A stretch of 20,457 bases of DNA from Chiloscyllium plagiosum (Eukaryota): NCBI RefSeq assembly GCF_004010195.1, contig NC_057719.1, forward strand, positions 62,932,085 through 62,952,541, in the 5' to 3' direction. This document shows, piece after piece, positions 1-10,469 of the stretch. How positions within the stretch are numbered: position 1 is the first letter of the stretch; each line of letters starts with the position of its first letter. The translations under genes and the position numbers were made by a program. Below the pieces are notes generated by a model. The model did no database searches. It was not told the DNA's origin and saw only the letters and a program-made list of their open reading frames with translations.

Positions 1-831
1 TGCCTCATCAAAGTGCTCATTCTGAGTCCTCCTGAGCAGTCGTGAATGCCATTCTTGCCCTGTCGCCTAGCTACAGCCATCTTGTGCCCTGTACATATTT
101 CGTATCTCTATACCATCCCCTAGATTACAGTGTCAGTGCCAGTATCTAGCCTGGAGTGTAGCTGGCCACTGAAAACTTTTATAACAGTTTGCTGCAAGGC
201 AATGTTGGCATTATGCCAGGGATCAGAATCAGCAGGCACTGGTTATGCACATGCCATGATCCTAGCACCCATTTTGAGAATCGATTAACTGTAGCCCTTT
301 TCAAACTGTGGAGATTATTCAGTGCCTTTCTTGGAAATTCTTAAGATTGGGTGAATGAACAAAGGTCAGCATTTAATCAGTTATGGTTTTCAATTTTCTT
401 TGAGAAATTGGCATAGGGGATGCTCAGGGATTGTGGGTCCAGCTGAAGCTGTACTGTTGATTACTTTTGCAGCGATACGTGCAGGAGTCAAAGGCAGTTG
501 ATCCTGTTACATTTGTGTCAATAGTGGGCTAGATAATGGCACAGCCTAGCTGTGAGAGACACTGGGTGAATCAGGTGAATAGTCTTGAATCTTCCACTTC
601 ATGATGCAAGAGGTAAAACTGCAGGATGCTGCATCAGTCAACAGCCCTGAAGTCAGCATTATTTGGAACCTCTCCCTCACCTTCAGCCATTTAATTGCCA
701 CAAAAGATGCAAAGGCAGTTACTATTAACAGAATCGCTGCTATTTAAATTGTTTCCATGTTCGTAATGATACTTCCAAATGATGTCACATCAGATTGCGA
801 GCTTAAAATAACAAATAATTTATGTTAATTA

Positions 832-2140
832 TTGACCATTTTGTGGAGTAGGAATAGGCCATTCAGCCCATTGAGACTGCTCCACTATTTAATACAATCA
901 TGGCTAATTGGGCATTTCAGTGTCTTTTACTCACATTATTCCCATAATCGTTATGTTATTGATAATCAAAATGTATCAACTTCTATTTGGAACATACTCA
1001 AAGAATGAACTTCCATAGCCCTCTGGGATTCACTGCCTTCTGAGTTTTAAAAAAATCTTCTTATCATGATCCTGAATATATTTCCTGTATTTTACATTGT
1101 ATCTCCTGGTTCTAGATTCCAGGGGAAACATCTTTCTTACATTACTCTGCCTATCTCTTTAAGTACTTTGGATATTTCAATGAAATCCCCTCTTATTCCT
1201 CAAAACACGAGATAATTTTGGTCCACTTTGCCCAATCTCTCTGCATCAGGCAGTTTTGCCATCCTGGCAACAAATCCGGTGAACCTTCACTGTACTCCCT
1301 CCATGGCAATGATATCCCCTGAGATACAAAACTGCACACAGTACTTGAGGTGCAGTTTAACCAAGCTCCTGTACAATTGAAGCCAGACTTTATTATTCCT
1401 GTGCTCAAATCCTCATGGATAAAGACAACAGTCCACTAGCCTTCCTCATAGCTTTCTACACTACCATGTTAGTCTTCAGTGACTTAGCGACAATGACACT
1501 TTCAACCTCTTATCATTTAGGGAATATTCTGCACATATGTTCCTCCTACCAAAGGGGACAGTCTTACATTTTTTCTATCTGCCATGTTGTTGCCTAGTTG
1601 CTAAGCTCACCTAAATCCTCCTGAAAACATTTTGCACTTTTCTCACAAAACACATTCCTGCTTAGCTTTGTATCATCTGCAAATTTGGAAATTCTACATT
1701 TGGTGTCCAATCCGGGTGAACAACTGGAGCTTAACTACTGATCCTTGTGACACCCCACTAATCACAGCCTGTCAATGTGAGAATGGCCCAGTCATCCCTA
1801 CTCTCTCTTTTCTGCCCATTAGCCAATATTTAATCCATGCTGGTACATGAACTCTTGCACCACTTTCATTTGACAAACCAACCTCCTGTTGGGGACCTTC
1901 TCAAAATCCATCCATTTGTTCCCCTTTATCAATTTTGTCAGTAACTTCTTCAAACTCCCCAACAGGTCTATCAAGCACAATTTCACATTTGCAAATCCAT
2001 GCTAATCATGCCCAGTCAGATACTGTTATGCAAGTGTTCATTTATCATGTCCTTCTGTAAAAGTTTCCAGCATTTTCTCTCCTACTGATGTCAGACTGAC
2101 AAGCCTGGAGTTCCCTGTTTTATTTCCCCATGCCCTTTTT
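832..2140 (-). mobile_element. Decayed CR1-type LINE, 3' half of ORF2 (reverse transcriptase, RT) plus 3' UTR
   Basis: The reverse complement of ~1666-1690 reads S-K-F-A-D-D-T-K (RT catalytic motif). A G-V-S-Q-G-S motif lies at ~1740-1758 and a D-F-E-K motif at ~1898-1910. The ~845-905 segment resembles the CR1 3' UTR seen on + at ~17590-17635. Many stops and frameshifts. Confidence 0.85.
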
Positions 2141-2712
2141 TCAAATCATGGGTCAGTCATGTTTTCTTTATTATGCCTTGTTTCTGCATGGAAATATAGA
2201 TTTCAGAAGACAAAATTTAAATGTCAGCAGCAAAGATACTGCACAAGACTGGTATGAAGGCTTTCCCTTCAATAATCATTGACAAGTCCATTATAACTGA
2301 AGATTGTTCACTTCTTATTTTGCAGTATTGATTAATAGTTTTACGCAATGGTAACAGCATCGGGCATTTTTTGTGGGAAAATATTTGATCAGAGATAGCT
2401 AGCAGCAGATGTGATGTGAAGTTCTATTTACAAACTGCAGTAGAATGTGAGAACTGAGCTAATAAATGATAGGCAAATCGATGAGATAAGGTTGAACTTA
2501 TCATGTTTGTTTTACAGGAATCAATTATTAAGAGTGCACTGAGATTATCCAAATACTGGGGATATGAGTTCTAATTCAATTAATCAATGTTTTTAGCATG
2601 ATCATGTTTAACTTTATAGAAATATTTATTTCAGTGTTTGAAGAATGTGCACATTTGTTGAGAAGGTTTTGTGTGCAGGCGGGTTCTACCTTTTTAATTC
2701 CAACACTTGTGG

Positions 2713-3045
2713 GATTAGATTAGATTCTTTACAGATTAGATTACTTACAGTGTGGAAACAGGCCCTTCAGCCCAACAAGTCCATACCGACCCGCCGAAGC
2801 GCAACCCACCCATACCCCTACATTTACTCCTTTTTACCTAACACTACAGGCAATTTAGCATGACCAATTCACCTAACCTGCACATCTTTGGACTGTGGGA
2901 GGAAACCGGAGCACCCGGAGGAAACCCACGCAGACACGGGGAGAATGTGCAAACTCCACATAGTCAGTCGCCTGAGTCGGGAATTGAACCCAGGTCCCAG
3001 GCACTGTGAGGCAGCAGTGCTAACCACTGTGCCACCGTGCCGCCC
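2713..3045 (-). mobile_element. tRNA-derived V-SINE (HE1-like shark SINE), near full length
   Basis: On the minus strand: A box TGGCACAGTGG (3024-3034), B box GGTTCAATTCC (2980-2990), V-domain core GTGTCTGCGTGGGTTTCCTCCGGGTGCTCCGGTTTCCTCCCACAGTCCAAAGATGTGCAGGTTAGG, a CR1-like 3' tail and a terminal (TAATC)n repeat. Confidence 0.93.
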
Positions 3046-3424
3046 AAAATTGTGATTTGGGCTCTTAGCATGGATGTACCATTGAAACATGACAACAAAA
3101 TGATATTTGCATTCTGCATTTTCACAGGAGGCAAGCAAACTAATCCCTGCTGCAAAAGAGGAAGGTAGATCATGAAATGGCTCCTTATCTCCACAAAAGA
3201 TAATGGAAATCAGAGAGTAAAATTACCCTTAAATAAGAAGAAAAATACTAAAACTTTTACAAGAGTAGCACTTAATATTAAGCCCACAAACAAATGTTCT
3301 AATAAATTTAACATCGAGGAAAAAAAATCAAATGCAGAATATTGAATTTACCAATTTGTGTTTTTTAATGCTGCATCAGCAAGAAAAGTGAAATATGAAT
3401 TTTTCTGCTCAATCAGACTAATTA

Positions 3425-3550
3425 CAGGTAGTTGTCCTACAATGTGCATTTTGTAACACGATTTGGCTGGAACACGATTTGCGAACTGCAGACTGTTCTT
3501 TTTACAGAATGAATTCCAGTTCACTGTTATGCAATTCTCATCCCTGGCAC
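3425..3550. mobile_element. Possible Tc1/mariner (Tigger-like) non-autonomous DNA transposon end fragment
   Basis: Starts TA|CAGGTAGTT and contains the AACACGATTTG motif twice. No partner inverted repeat was found, and the family is recognised from memory only. Confidence 0.3.
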
Positions 3551-3554
3551 TAGT

Positions 3555-4532
3555 TGTCACGGTGTGCGGAGGACCGGATCCAAAGCAGCATCACGTGATC
3601 AGTGAGCTCATGCACTTTCTCATGAAGAGCTTCGTGAAAGGTATTGTGAAACTTTTGTGCTAGTTGACTTGGAAAAGTTTCGTGAAAATGTCTGTACAGC
3701 CTGAGGACAAGATGCTGCAGGCAATCTATTAATTTAAAAACTTAAAGAGTTAAGATAAGTGTGACATTTCGCTGGAATTGGTTAACAGTAAAAGGACTGT
3801 TGAGAAGCAGTTTGAAACTTGGCTTTGTTGTTTGTATTAAGAGCTTTTTTCTCTCTTTTTGTTTAAAGAAATATGTTTAGGTATTGTTATGAAGTTGAAG
3901 GCATGTAATGTAACTTTGAAAGAATGAATGCTGTTCTAAACTGAGAGATTACAAACACTTGTGTGATATGACTAGATAGCAGTCTCAGAGTGTACTGGAA
4001 ACTTTAAAATATATGTAACATTTGGCTGTGAAATGGATACCGGAGTTTTGGTTGTTGTTTTGACAACAATTCAAATTTAACCAATCAGCTTAACTTATGC
4101 CGCAGGATACTAAAACCCAATCGCATTTGAATTTATTGTTTTACCAACATCAAACCAATGAGACAATCTGATGTTGAGGATATAAAAATGCAGACATTTT
4201 GACATTTGCAGAGAGAGCAACTGCCATCAAGAGAGACCCAAGAAATTATGAAACACTCTCTATTAAAGGTACTTTTTCATATGAAACATACTCACAGTAA
4301 AAAGAAAAAAGATGACCCAGGGAAATCTTCAGCTGGAAGAAGAAAGACATTGAAGACGATAGTTGCTGTGTGGTTTTGAAATTAAGTTGATGTAATTTTA
4401 TTACGCGTCTTATTGGGACAGCATATTATTTTAGAGTTGTAGGCAGATAATAAGCACTTACGAGAAAGGGGGTCTTAGAGTTGTGAATAGTTGCTGTTTA
4501 ATGTTCACTTTTAGAGTAAAAGAAAATTGACA
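3555..4532 (+). mobile_element. Candidate solo LTR (~1 kb)
   Basis: Begins TGTCA and has TGACA at 4528-4532. Three CCAAT boxes (4081, 4117, 4155) are followed by TATAAAA (4181). No TSD was found, so the right boundary is uncertain; it abuts a PLE. Confidence 0.4.
4081..4187 (+). promoter_or_regulatory. CCAAT x3 + TATA Pol II promoter-like module
   Basis: CCAAT at 4081, 4117 and 4155 (36 and 38 bp spacing), then TATAAAA at 4181-4187. Confidence 0.45.
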
Positions 4533-4540
4533 TTTGCTAT

Positions 4541-5072
4541 TTTGGAGAAGATTTGTAGCTCAGGTTGTGAATCAGATTGTAAATTTGCTCGCTGAGCTGG
4601 TAGATTTGTTTTCAGATGTTTCGTCACCATGGTAGGTAACATCATCAGTGAGCCTCCGATGAAGTGCTGATGTTCTGTCCCATTTGCTATTTATCTGTCT
4701 TTGTCTGTTGTGGTGGGTGATATTACCTCCAGTTCTTTTTCTGAGAGGTTGGTAAATGGGGTCCAAATTGATATGTTTGTTAATATAGTTTTGATTTGAG
4801 TGCCAGGCCTCTAGGAATTTGCATGCATGTCTTTGTTTAGCCTGTCCCAGGATAGGTGTATCATCCCAGTCGAACTGGTGTCCTCTTCATCTGTGTGTGT
4901 GGATACCAGTGATAGTCAGTCATGTCTTTGGTGGCTAGTTGATGCTCATGTATCCTGGTGGCTAGTCTCCTGCCCATTTGTCCAATGGAATGTTTGTTGC
5001 AGTCCTTGCAGGGTATTTTGTATATGATGTTTGTTCTGCTGGTTGTTGGTACTGGGTCCTTTAAATTCATCA
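4541..5072 (-). mobile_element. Penelope-like element 3' fragment (Poseidon-like) with a frameshifted GIY-YIG endonuclease and 3' non-coding end
   Basis: ORF 4861-5070 encodes NIIYKIPCKDCNKHSIGQMGRRLATRIHEH (GIY...YIG...R.L..R..EH pattern). After frameshifts the frame continues as FLEAWHS..INKHINLDPIYQPL. A hammerhead motif lies in the 3' end. Confidence 0.9.
4612..4652 (-). ncRNA. Minimal hammerhead ribozyme motif (slightly decayed)
   Basis: Minus strand: CA-CUGAUGA-U-GUUACC-uaccau-GGUGAC-GAAA-CA-UC-UG. Stem II pairs; GAAACAUC is probably CpG-decayed GAAACGUC. Confidence 0.7.
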
Positions 5073-5731
5073 GGATTTACAAATCTGTTTCAATGACTAA
5101 GCACGATGGTAACCAATTGCAAAATAATACCAGTACATGGCGTTGGACATGGTCAGTCAACTGTTCAGGGTGGTCAGAGTCAGGAAACTTTGCATATAGT
5201 GGGTGGGGGAGAGAAAAATGGGTGGCATACTGTTACTTTTGGTGCATGTGCAGAGATGTCATGGGGGGGTGAGGTAAGTTATGCAGATTCGGGGTCAGAT
5301 GTTAGTGAGATGAGATTGAATGGGGAAGATGTTGCAGGAAATGTTGGGTACAGTAGCAGTGATAGCGTGAGCGTGAGGTACCAATGAGAACATGATGGCA
5401 TCACGGATGTTGGTCAATTCTGGGATATCCAGGAAATGGTGAGTTCTTTTGGAAATAGCACATGGTATGATGGTGCTAGAATGTATGAGAAAGGCACCAA
5501 AGGGTGGGGTAGGTAATAAATCAGGCTGGTTTTATTAAATATTGATGGACAGTCCCTAGCATCACGATATGAAACCCTCCAAAAAACTTGACAAAAATGA
5601 CACTTAGTGAAAGAAATTAAAATTCAGCTCTTGATCTATCAAGGCAGGTTTCATTCTGAGATCTGACTTGTGCGGTGTTACTATTGGATGGAATCAGAAG
5701 ACTGGCTAAAACGTAGTGCAGCCAGCAGGGG

Positions 5732-6162
5732 GAGATGCCAGTCGGGAGTAATCAGTTGAAGATTCTGATGAATTGCACTATACAGTACCATACAACAGGT
5801 CAACATTTACTTTGTTAAAAATCACACAGCGGCAGGTTATAGTCCAACAGGTTTTTTTGGAACTAGCTTTCAGAGTGCTGCTCCTTCAACCACCTGATGA
5901 AGGAGCAGTGCTCTGAAAGCCAGTGCTTCAAAATAAACGTGTTGAGGGAGAGATGCCAGTCGGGAGTAATCAGTTGAAGATTCTGATGAATTGCACTATA
6001 CAGTACCATACAACAGGTCAACATTTACTTTGTTAAAAATCACACAGCGCCAGGTTATAGTCCAACAGGTTTTTTTGGAACTAGCTTTCAGAGCGCTGCT
6101 CCTTCAACCACCTGATGAAGGAGCAGTGCTCTGAAAGCCAGTGCTTCCAAATAAACGTGTTG
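5732..6162. repeat. Tandem duplication, period 218 bp (5732-5944 and 5950-6162)
   Basis: Two 213-bp copies with 3 substitutions counted by eye. Each copy is ~80 bp of flank plus most of a fold-back PLE element. Confidence 0.95.
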
Positions 6163-6231
6163 GACTATAACCAGGTGTTGTGTGGTTTTAATTTTGTACA
6201 CCCCAGTCCAACACTGGCATCTCCAAATCAT
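6030..6231 (+). mobile_element. Non-coding fold-back PLE-derived element with hammerhead motif
   Basis: Inverted arms (GGTTATAGTCCAACA / TGTTGGACTATAACC; CTTTCAGAGCGCTGCTCCTTCA / TGAAGGAGCAGTGCTCTGAAAG), a one-sided ~39 nt tail, and a 10-bp TSD AACATTTACT at 6020-6029 and 6232-6241. Confidence 0.88.
6109..6143 (+). ncRNA. Minimal hammerhead ribozyme motif with mutated cleavage site; duplicate at 5891-5925
   Basis: CAC-CUGAUGA-A-GGAGC-agu-GCUCU-GAAA-GC-CA-GUG. The opposite arm keeps GAAAGCUA, implying a U>C change in this arm. Confidence 0.7.
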
Positions 6232-6899
6232 AACATTTACTGAGGCTGTGCCATCATTTGTGTTAGGCGAACTGCTTTTTTTTCCATTTTTACTGGTAGT
6301 CTTGGTGGTTCACCCCAACCTTGTTTTTCCCATAGGCCTGTTGGTATCTCAATAACATTTCTCTCGGCTCAAGGGTTTATTTTATGAAACTGTATTGCTT
6401 GATACAGCAAATGTTCACTTTCCAAAAGAGAAAGGCATATGAAAATTGGCATATATGCTCCGATACCCTACTTTGCTGATAACTTTTGTGGTTTCTTGGC
6501 TAAATTTGGAAAATCTGGTCAAACAACCTGCCTCTTGCAAAGTCCTCAAGAAATCTCATTAGTTCACAACAACCCAAAGCTAATAATCATTTCATGAATC
6601 AAGAGACAAAGATAAATATAAGAGCAGTATAGCCTAACCTACAAAAGCTCCAACCTATTACTTCTATTACTTTGAGATTCATAAATACTGCACACTAGAG
6701 CTCAAGGCAAACATGACAAGGTTTAGTTCATTATATATTCTCAAACTTAGAGAAAGTTTAGAAAGCCTGAATAACTACAAAGTTGTAAGCAGAAACAACA
6801 ACAAAGTACAAGAGCCTTCTGCAGGTTTCAAACTGTTTTTTTCAACAGAATGTAGAAAAACTGCTCAGATTAATGGATCATTTTCACTTGCTTAAAAAA

Positions 6900-7247
6900 G
6901 GAGTATATGAGTTCAAAAGGTATGCTGAGGATTTGAATATCTCATCTAGACTTACACAAGTGTGTCTCTGAAAGGATGAGATGACAGCTCCAGCTATTTG
7001 TTCAAATGGGCATAAAAGATCTCATGACATTATTTCTACAAAAGACCAAATTTCTTGGCATCCTGGCCACCATTTATGCCTCAGCCAACATCACAAAGAA
7101 AGAGATCTTGCTTGGGTTATTTGTTCTGATGTGAGATCTTGCCACATGCAAAGTGGACTCTGTCTTTATCCCACAGCACCACTGACAACATTGGAAATGT
7201 AATTCATTGGAGCCCATGGCAATATGAAAGTTACACTATAAATACAG
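6900..7247 (+). mobile_element. Old DeuSINE remnant (SacSINE1/AmnSINE1-like)
   Basis: Deu-domain-like blocks GGATGAGATG, TAAAAGATCTCATGACATTATTTC, TCCTGGCCACCATTTATGCCTCAGCCAACATCAC and TTCATTGG, ending ...ACTATAAATACA. Recognised by similarity to a recalled consensus. Confidence 0.7.
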
Positions 7248-7860
7248 ATTGATGATGCTGTGTTAACATCCCACACTGAGAAATACCAACAAATGGACAG
7301 ATTCTCTTACACCTGTAAAGAATTTGATTTGACTATCAGCATTAGGAAGACAAATGTCACAGTCCAGCAATTTGCCGTATCGCTAGCTAACAGCATTAAT
7401 GATGTGACACTAGAGATTGAGCTGCGCATACTTAGGCTCACAGTCAGCAATTTGCGATGGTCATTAGGTGAATGCCAACTGTATACCCAAGGACCTTCTG
7501 GATGACGAATTGACCACTGCGTCATGGTCTCTGGGTCATCAATGTCTCTGCTACAAGGATGCTTCAAAATGAGATATGAAGAAGGTAGATAGTCACTTTG
7601 ACAACTCAGATATAGTCACTGATGGCTGAGACCTCTAGAGGCTAACTGTTTGGAAGAACTTTGAAATTGGTGAGGAGATATCGAAGTTTGATGTCCAAGA
7701 AGAAGCCCAGAGACAACTGAGGGCAGCAAATTGTGCATATCCACAGTCTTCCTTTGCAGAGCAAACAGCACAGTGCCAGGCCAGAATGGGGCTCCTGAGC
7801 CACATCAGGGACACAACACAGAATTGCACAAACTGTCCCCTTAAAAGACCAAAGGCTGCC
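7248..7860 (+). mobile_element. Decayed RTE-clade LINE fragments (RT core and C-terminus)
   Basis: DDAVLTSHTE..QMDRFSYTCKEFDLTISIRKTNV matches the RTE pattern ADD.AL.SH.E..DRFS.AC..FGLTIS..KT.V. The C-terminal QCQARMGLLSHIR (~7771-7809) matches the C.SRIGL.SH.R pattern. Confidence 0.8.
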
Positions 7861-8463
7861 ATATTAATACCACATCCCCAGTGCTGAATTTGCACTGGCT
7901 TACACATTCCTAACATTTTACCCACCTTGGTGTTTGTCCCTTCTTTCAGTCCAAAGGTTGTCAAAATCAAAGTTGGCATCAGGTAGTTCATTCCCATGTG
8001 ATGCTGTATTACTGAAAATCCAGCAATAAAATATACTTTTTTTCCCAGATCCCATATTGAACTGGTATGGGATTCACTTATCATTATTTGAAAAGTGAAG
8101 GTCAGTGTCATAAAATGCAATCGTGTCTTTATGAGAAATATTCAGCAAGTTTTTTACTGTGTGAGATGGGAAGAAGAATACATCTGTGACACTTCATCCT
8201 TTCTGGTAATTCTGAGGCCATTCCTGTCACTACACTCGATGTCAACAGTTTTCTGTGAAATTACAGCCGTTTCAAACTATTGGGTAAAAGATTTCCAGAT
8301 GGTGGCACCACCTGGTAGAAAATTCCACATATCTCCAAGTGGGAAAGCATTCCAACAGGTACTGCACGTGCACTTTCTGAATCACTTCTGCTTTCACTGA
8401 TGTAAAAGGAAGGACCTGCAGTTACATAACACCCAATGATCTCCAAACTCCTTGATTAACTTA

Positions 8464-9065
8464 ACAGCCAATGACATACTTCTGAAATGTGGTCACTATT
8501 GTAGCAGAGGAAACCTTGCAGCTAATTTTTTGCAGAGCAACATCTCAGGGATAAAATGACCAGCCGATCTGATTTTACTTTTAAATGATGTCATTTGATT
8601 GATTTTGGACTGGACACTGGAAGATCTCCCCAGATCTGTGAAAAATGTTAATGGTATATTTTATGTTGAAGGCTGAGGCGTGACCTTATAGAGGTTTATA
8701 AAATCATAAGGGCATGGATAGAATAAATAGACAAGGTCTGGGGTCGGGGAGTTTAGGGTGAGAGGGGAAAGATATAAAAGAGACCTAAGAGGCAACTTTT
8801 TCATGCAGAGGGTGGTGCATGTATGGAATGAGCTGCCAGAGGAAGTGGTGGAGGCTGGTACAATTGCAACATTTAAGAGGCATTTGGATGGGCATAAGAA
8901 TAGGAAGGGTTTGGAGGGATATGGGCCAGGTGCTGGCAGGTGGGACCAGATTGGGTTGGGACATCTGGTCGGCATGGACGGGTTGGACTGAAGGGTCTGT
9001 TTCCATGCTGTACATCTCTATGACTCTAAGAGGCTTCAATTTGACCTCTCATCCAAATGACATGC
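8464..9065 (-). mobile_element. Old DeuSINE remnant split by the CR1 insertion at 8667-9028
   Basis: ACAGCCAATGACATACTTCTGAAATGTGGTCACTATTGTA ... ATGACCAG ... GGACACTGG is the reverse complement of the blocks at 6900-7247. It resumes after the CR1 with ...TTTGACCTCTCATCC. Confidence 0.7.
8667..9028 (+). mobile_element. CR1 (HER1-like) LINE 3' end, 5'-truncated, relatively young
   Basis: RLRRDLIEVYKII, then RGNFFMQRVVHVWNELPEEVVEAGTIATFKRHLD (CR1 ORF2 C-terminus). The 3' UTR is GAAGGGTCTGTTTCCATGCTGTA with a CTCTATGACTCTA tail. Confidence 0.93.
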
Positions 9066-9239
9066 TTAAGCTTCAGCCTTAACTCACTCAAATTATTGGT
9101 AGGTGGGCATTGTTAGTTATCAGATTAAATCATGGAAGATAGCAATAGCCATAAGAATAGCCTTATGATCTTTGGAAAACAAAGTGGGATGAAATTGTGA
9201 GGGTGACGGTAGAATCATTTTGAGCTGTGTTGGAAATTA

Positions 9240-10330
9240 GAAGGTCCACATATGACCCCTAAAGGAACTCTGAGACAGTTTCACTCAATCTCAGGTTCGG
9301 ACAGAACCACTAAATGTTTTGCATCCTTTTGATAATCCTTTTATCCCAAGCAAGGCATGGGCTGCTTTATAATGAATAGTATTATTAATATTAATGTAAG
9401 TTGAAACTTTATTGAACTTTGATCTCCAGCATCTGCAGACCTCACTTTCTCCTCTAATATTAATGTAATAATGTCCTCTTGATTAGATGAAGGAAGGTGC
9501 ATATCAGTTAGTCGCCAGGTCTGGATAATGTCAGTCCAAGGGTGATCAGAGCAATGGGATGAATTTTCTGTGAGCCCACGCTCACTTCTTCAGTTGTTCG
9601 ACAAAGGCAGGAATATTTTCCATAGGAAGCAAGTTCGCTAATTATAGTTTCTGAAAAAGAGACAATAAAGCCTGTTAACGGGAGGGCTGTCAGTTTGCCA
9701 AGCACAGCTGCAAAGTTACTAGAATGAGTCTTTATTGGCATTGGGAAGGGGGTCACTAGAAATTCACCACAAAACTGCTGAGAAAATAGACCTGGCCATA
9801 CAAAGATGCTGAGAGTTATTTTGCATTCGTCACTAGAGTAGTGCATGAGGGGTGTCTGGTATTCTTTCCAACTTGAAATTTCAGAAAGGCTGGATTATGT
9901 TAGGTTATTGGCAAGAATTTGAAATTTTGAATGAGGAACCCATATTCTGTGGTTGCCCAACCTAGAGAGATATGATTGATGGTGTCTTGTTAGAGTCAGC
10001 ATTAGGCCCATTAGTTTTCACAGCACTCTTAAATGGCCTGGACATTGGTGTGGAACACATCGCAATTATTTTTGCAGATGACTCCAAAATCTGAGCAAAG
10101 GTTAGCAAAGCAGGAGGATACAATTCTCTCCTAAAGGTTTGTTTACAAAATTGGTCACAAGTTGGCAGGTTTTAATGTAGCTAAGTGTAGTGCTATACAT
10201 GTTAGCTGAGTCCATATAGAATACACATATCATTTGCAATGAATAATACTTTCAGAAATTGAAAGAGAAAACAATCTGCATACTTCTCTATGCAAGTCAC
10301 TTACGGGAACATGGTCAAAATAGAGAAACT
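9240..10330 (+). mobile_element. Old CR1 LINE ORF2 (RT) fragment
   Basis: SPGLDNVSPRVIRA (~9512), RAVSLPSTAAKLLE (~9683), LKFQK (LDFQKAFD-like, ~9873), a degenerate GVPQGS.LGP (~9980-10010) and FADDSKI (~10071), in the expected order. Confidence 0.8.
9400..9454 (+). mobile_element. 55-bp collapsed fold-back PLE insertion
   Basis: 14-bp TSD TAATATTAATGTAA at 9386-9399 and 9455-9468. 9400-9414 is identical to 20284-20298, and 9415-9454 is the exact reverse complement of 20247-20286. Confidence 0.92.
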
Positions 10331-10469
10331 CAAGTGACGATAAACAGGGCTGAAGATTTATAAGAGCTGAACAGAATCATTTTCAAAAGGCAATTTAACT
10401 TGAACCAAGATGGAGACTGGAGTCACATGATTTCTTGGGTGTCTTTCACACACACACAGAAAGAGGAAT

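Noticed and set aside
2980..3045. tRNA-like A and B boxes as a tRNA gene
   Set aside because: This is the head of the SINE, with no complete cloverleaf.
3129..3165. Possible 37-bp exon after TTTTCACAG
   Set aside because: The donor (GTAGAT) is weak, the peptide is not recognisable, and no partner exons were found.
5732..6231. CRISPR array or bacterial terminator reading of the repeats and hairpins
   Set aside because: The context is eukaryotic, there is no repeat-spacer periodicity, and the structure is explained by a duplication and a PLE fold-back.
8295..8318. Short imperfect palindrome overlapping a CTCF-like motif (CTACCAGGTGGTGC, minus strand)
   Set aside because: Two mismatches to the consensus, which is plausible by chance in 20 kb.
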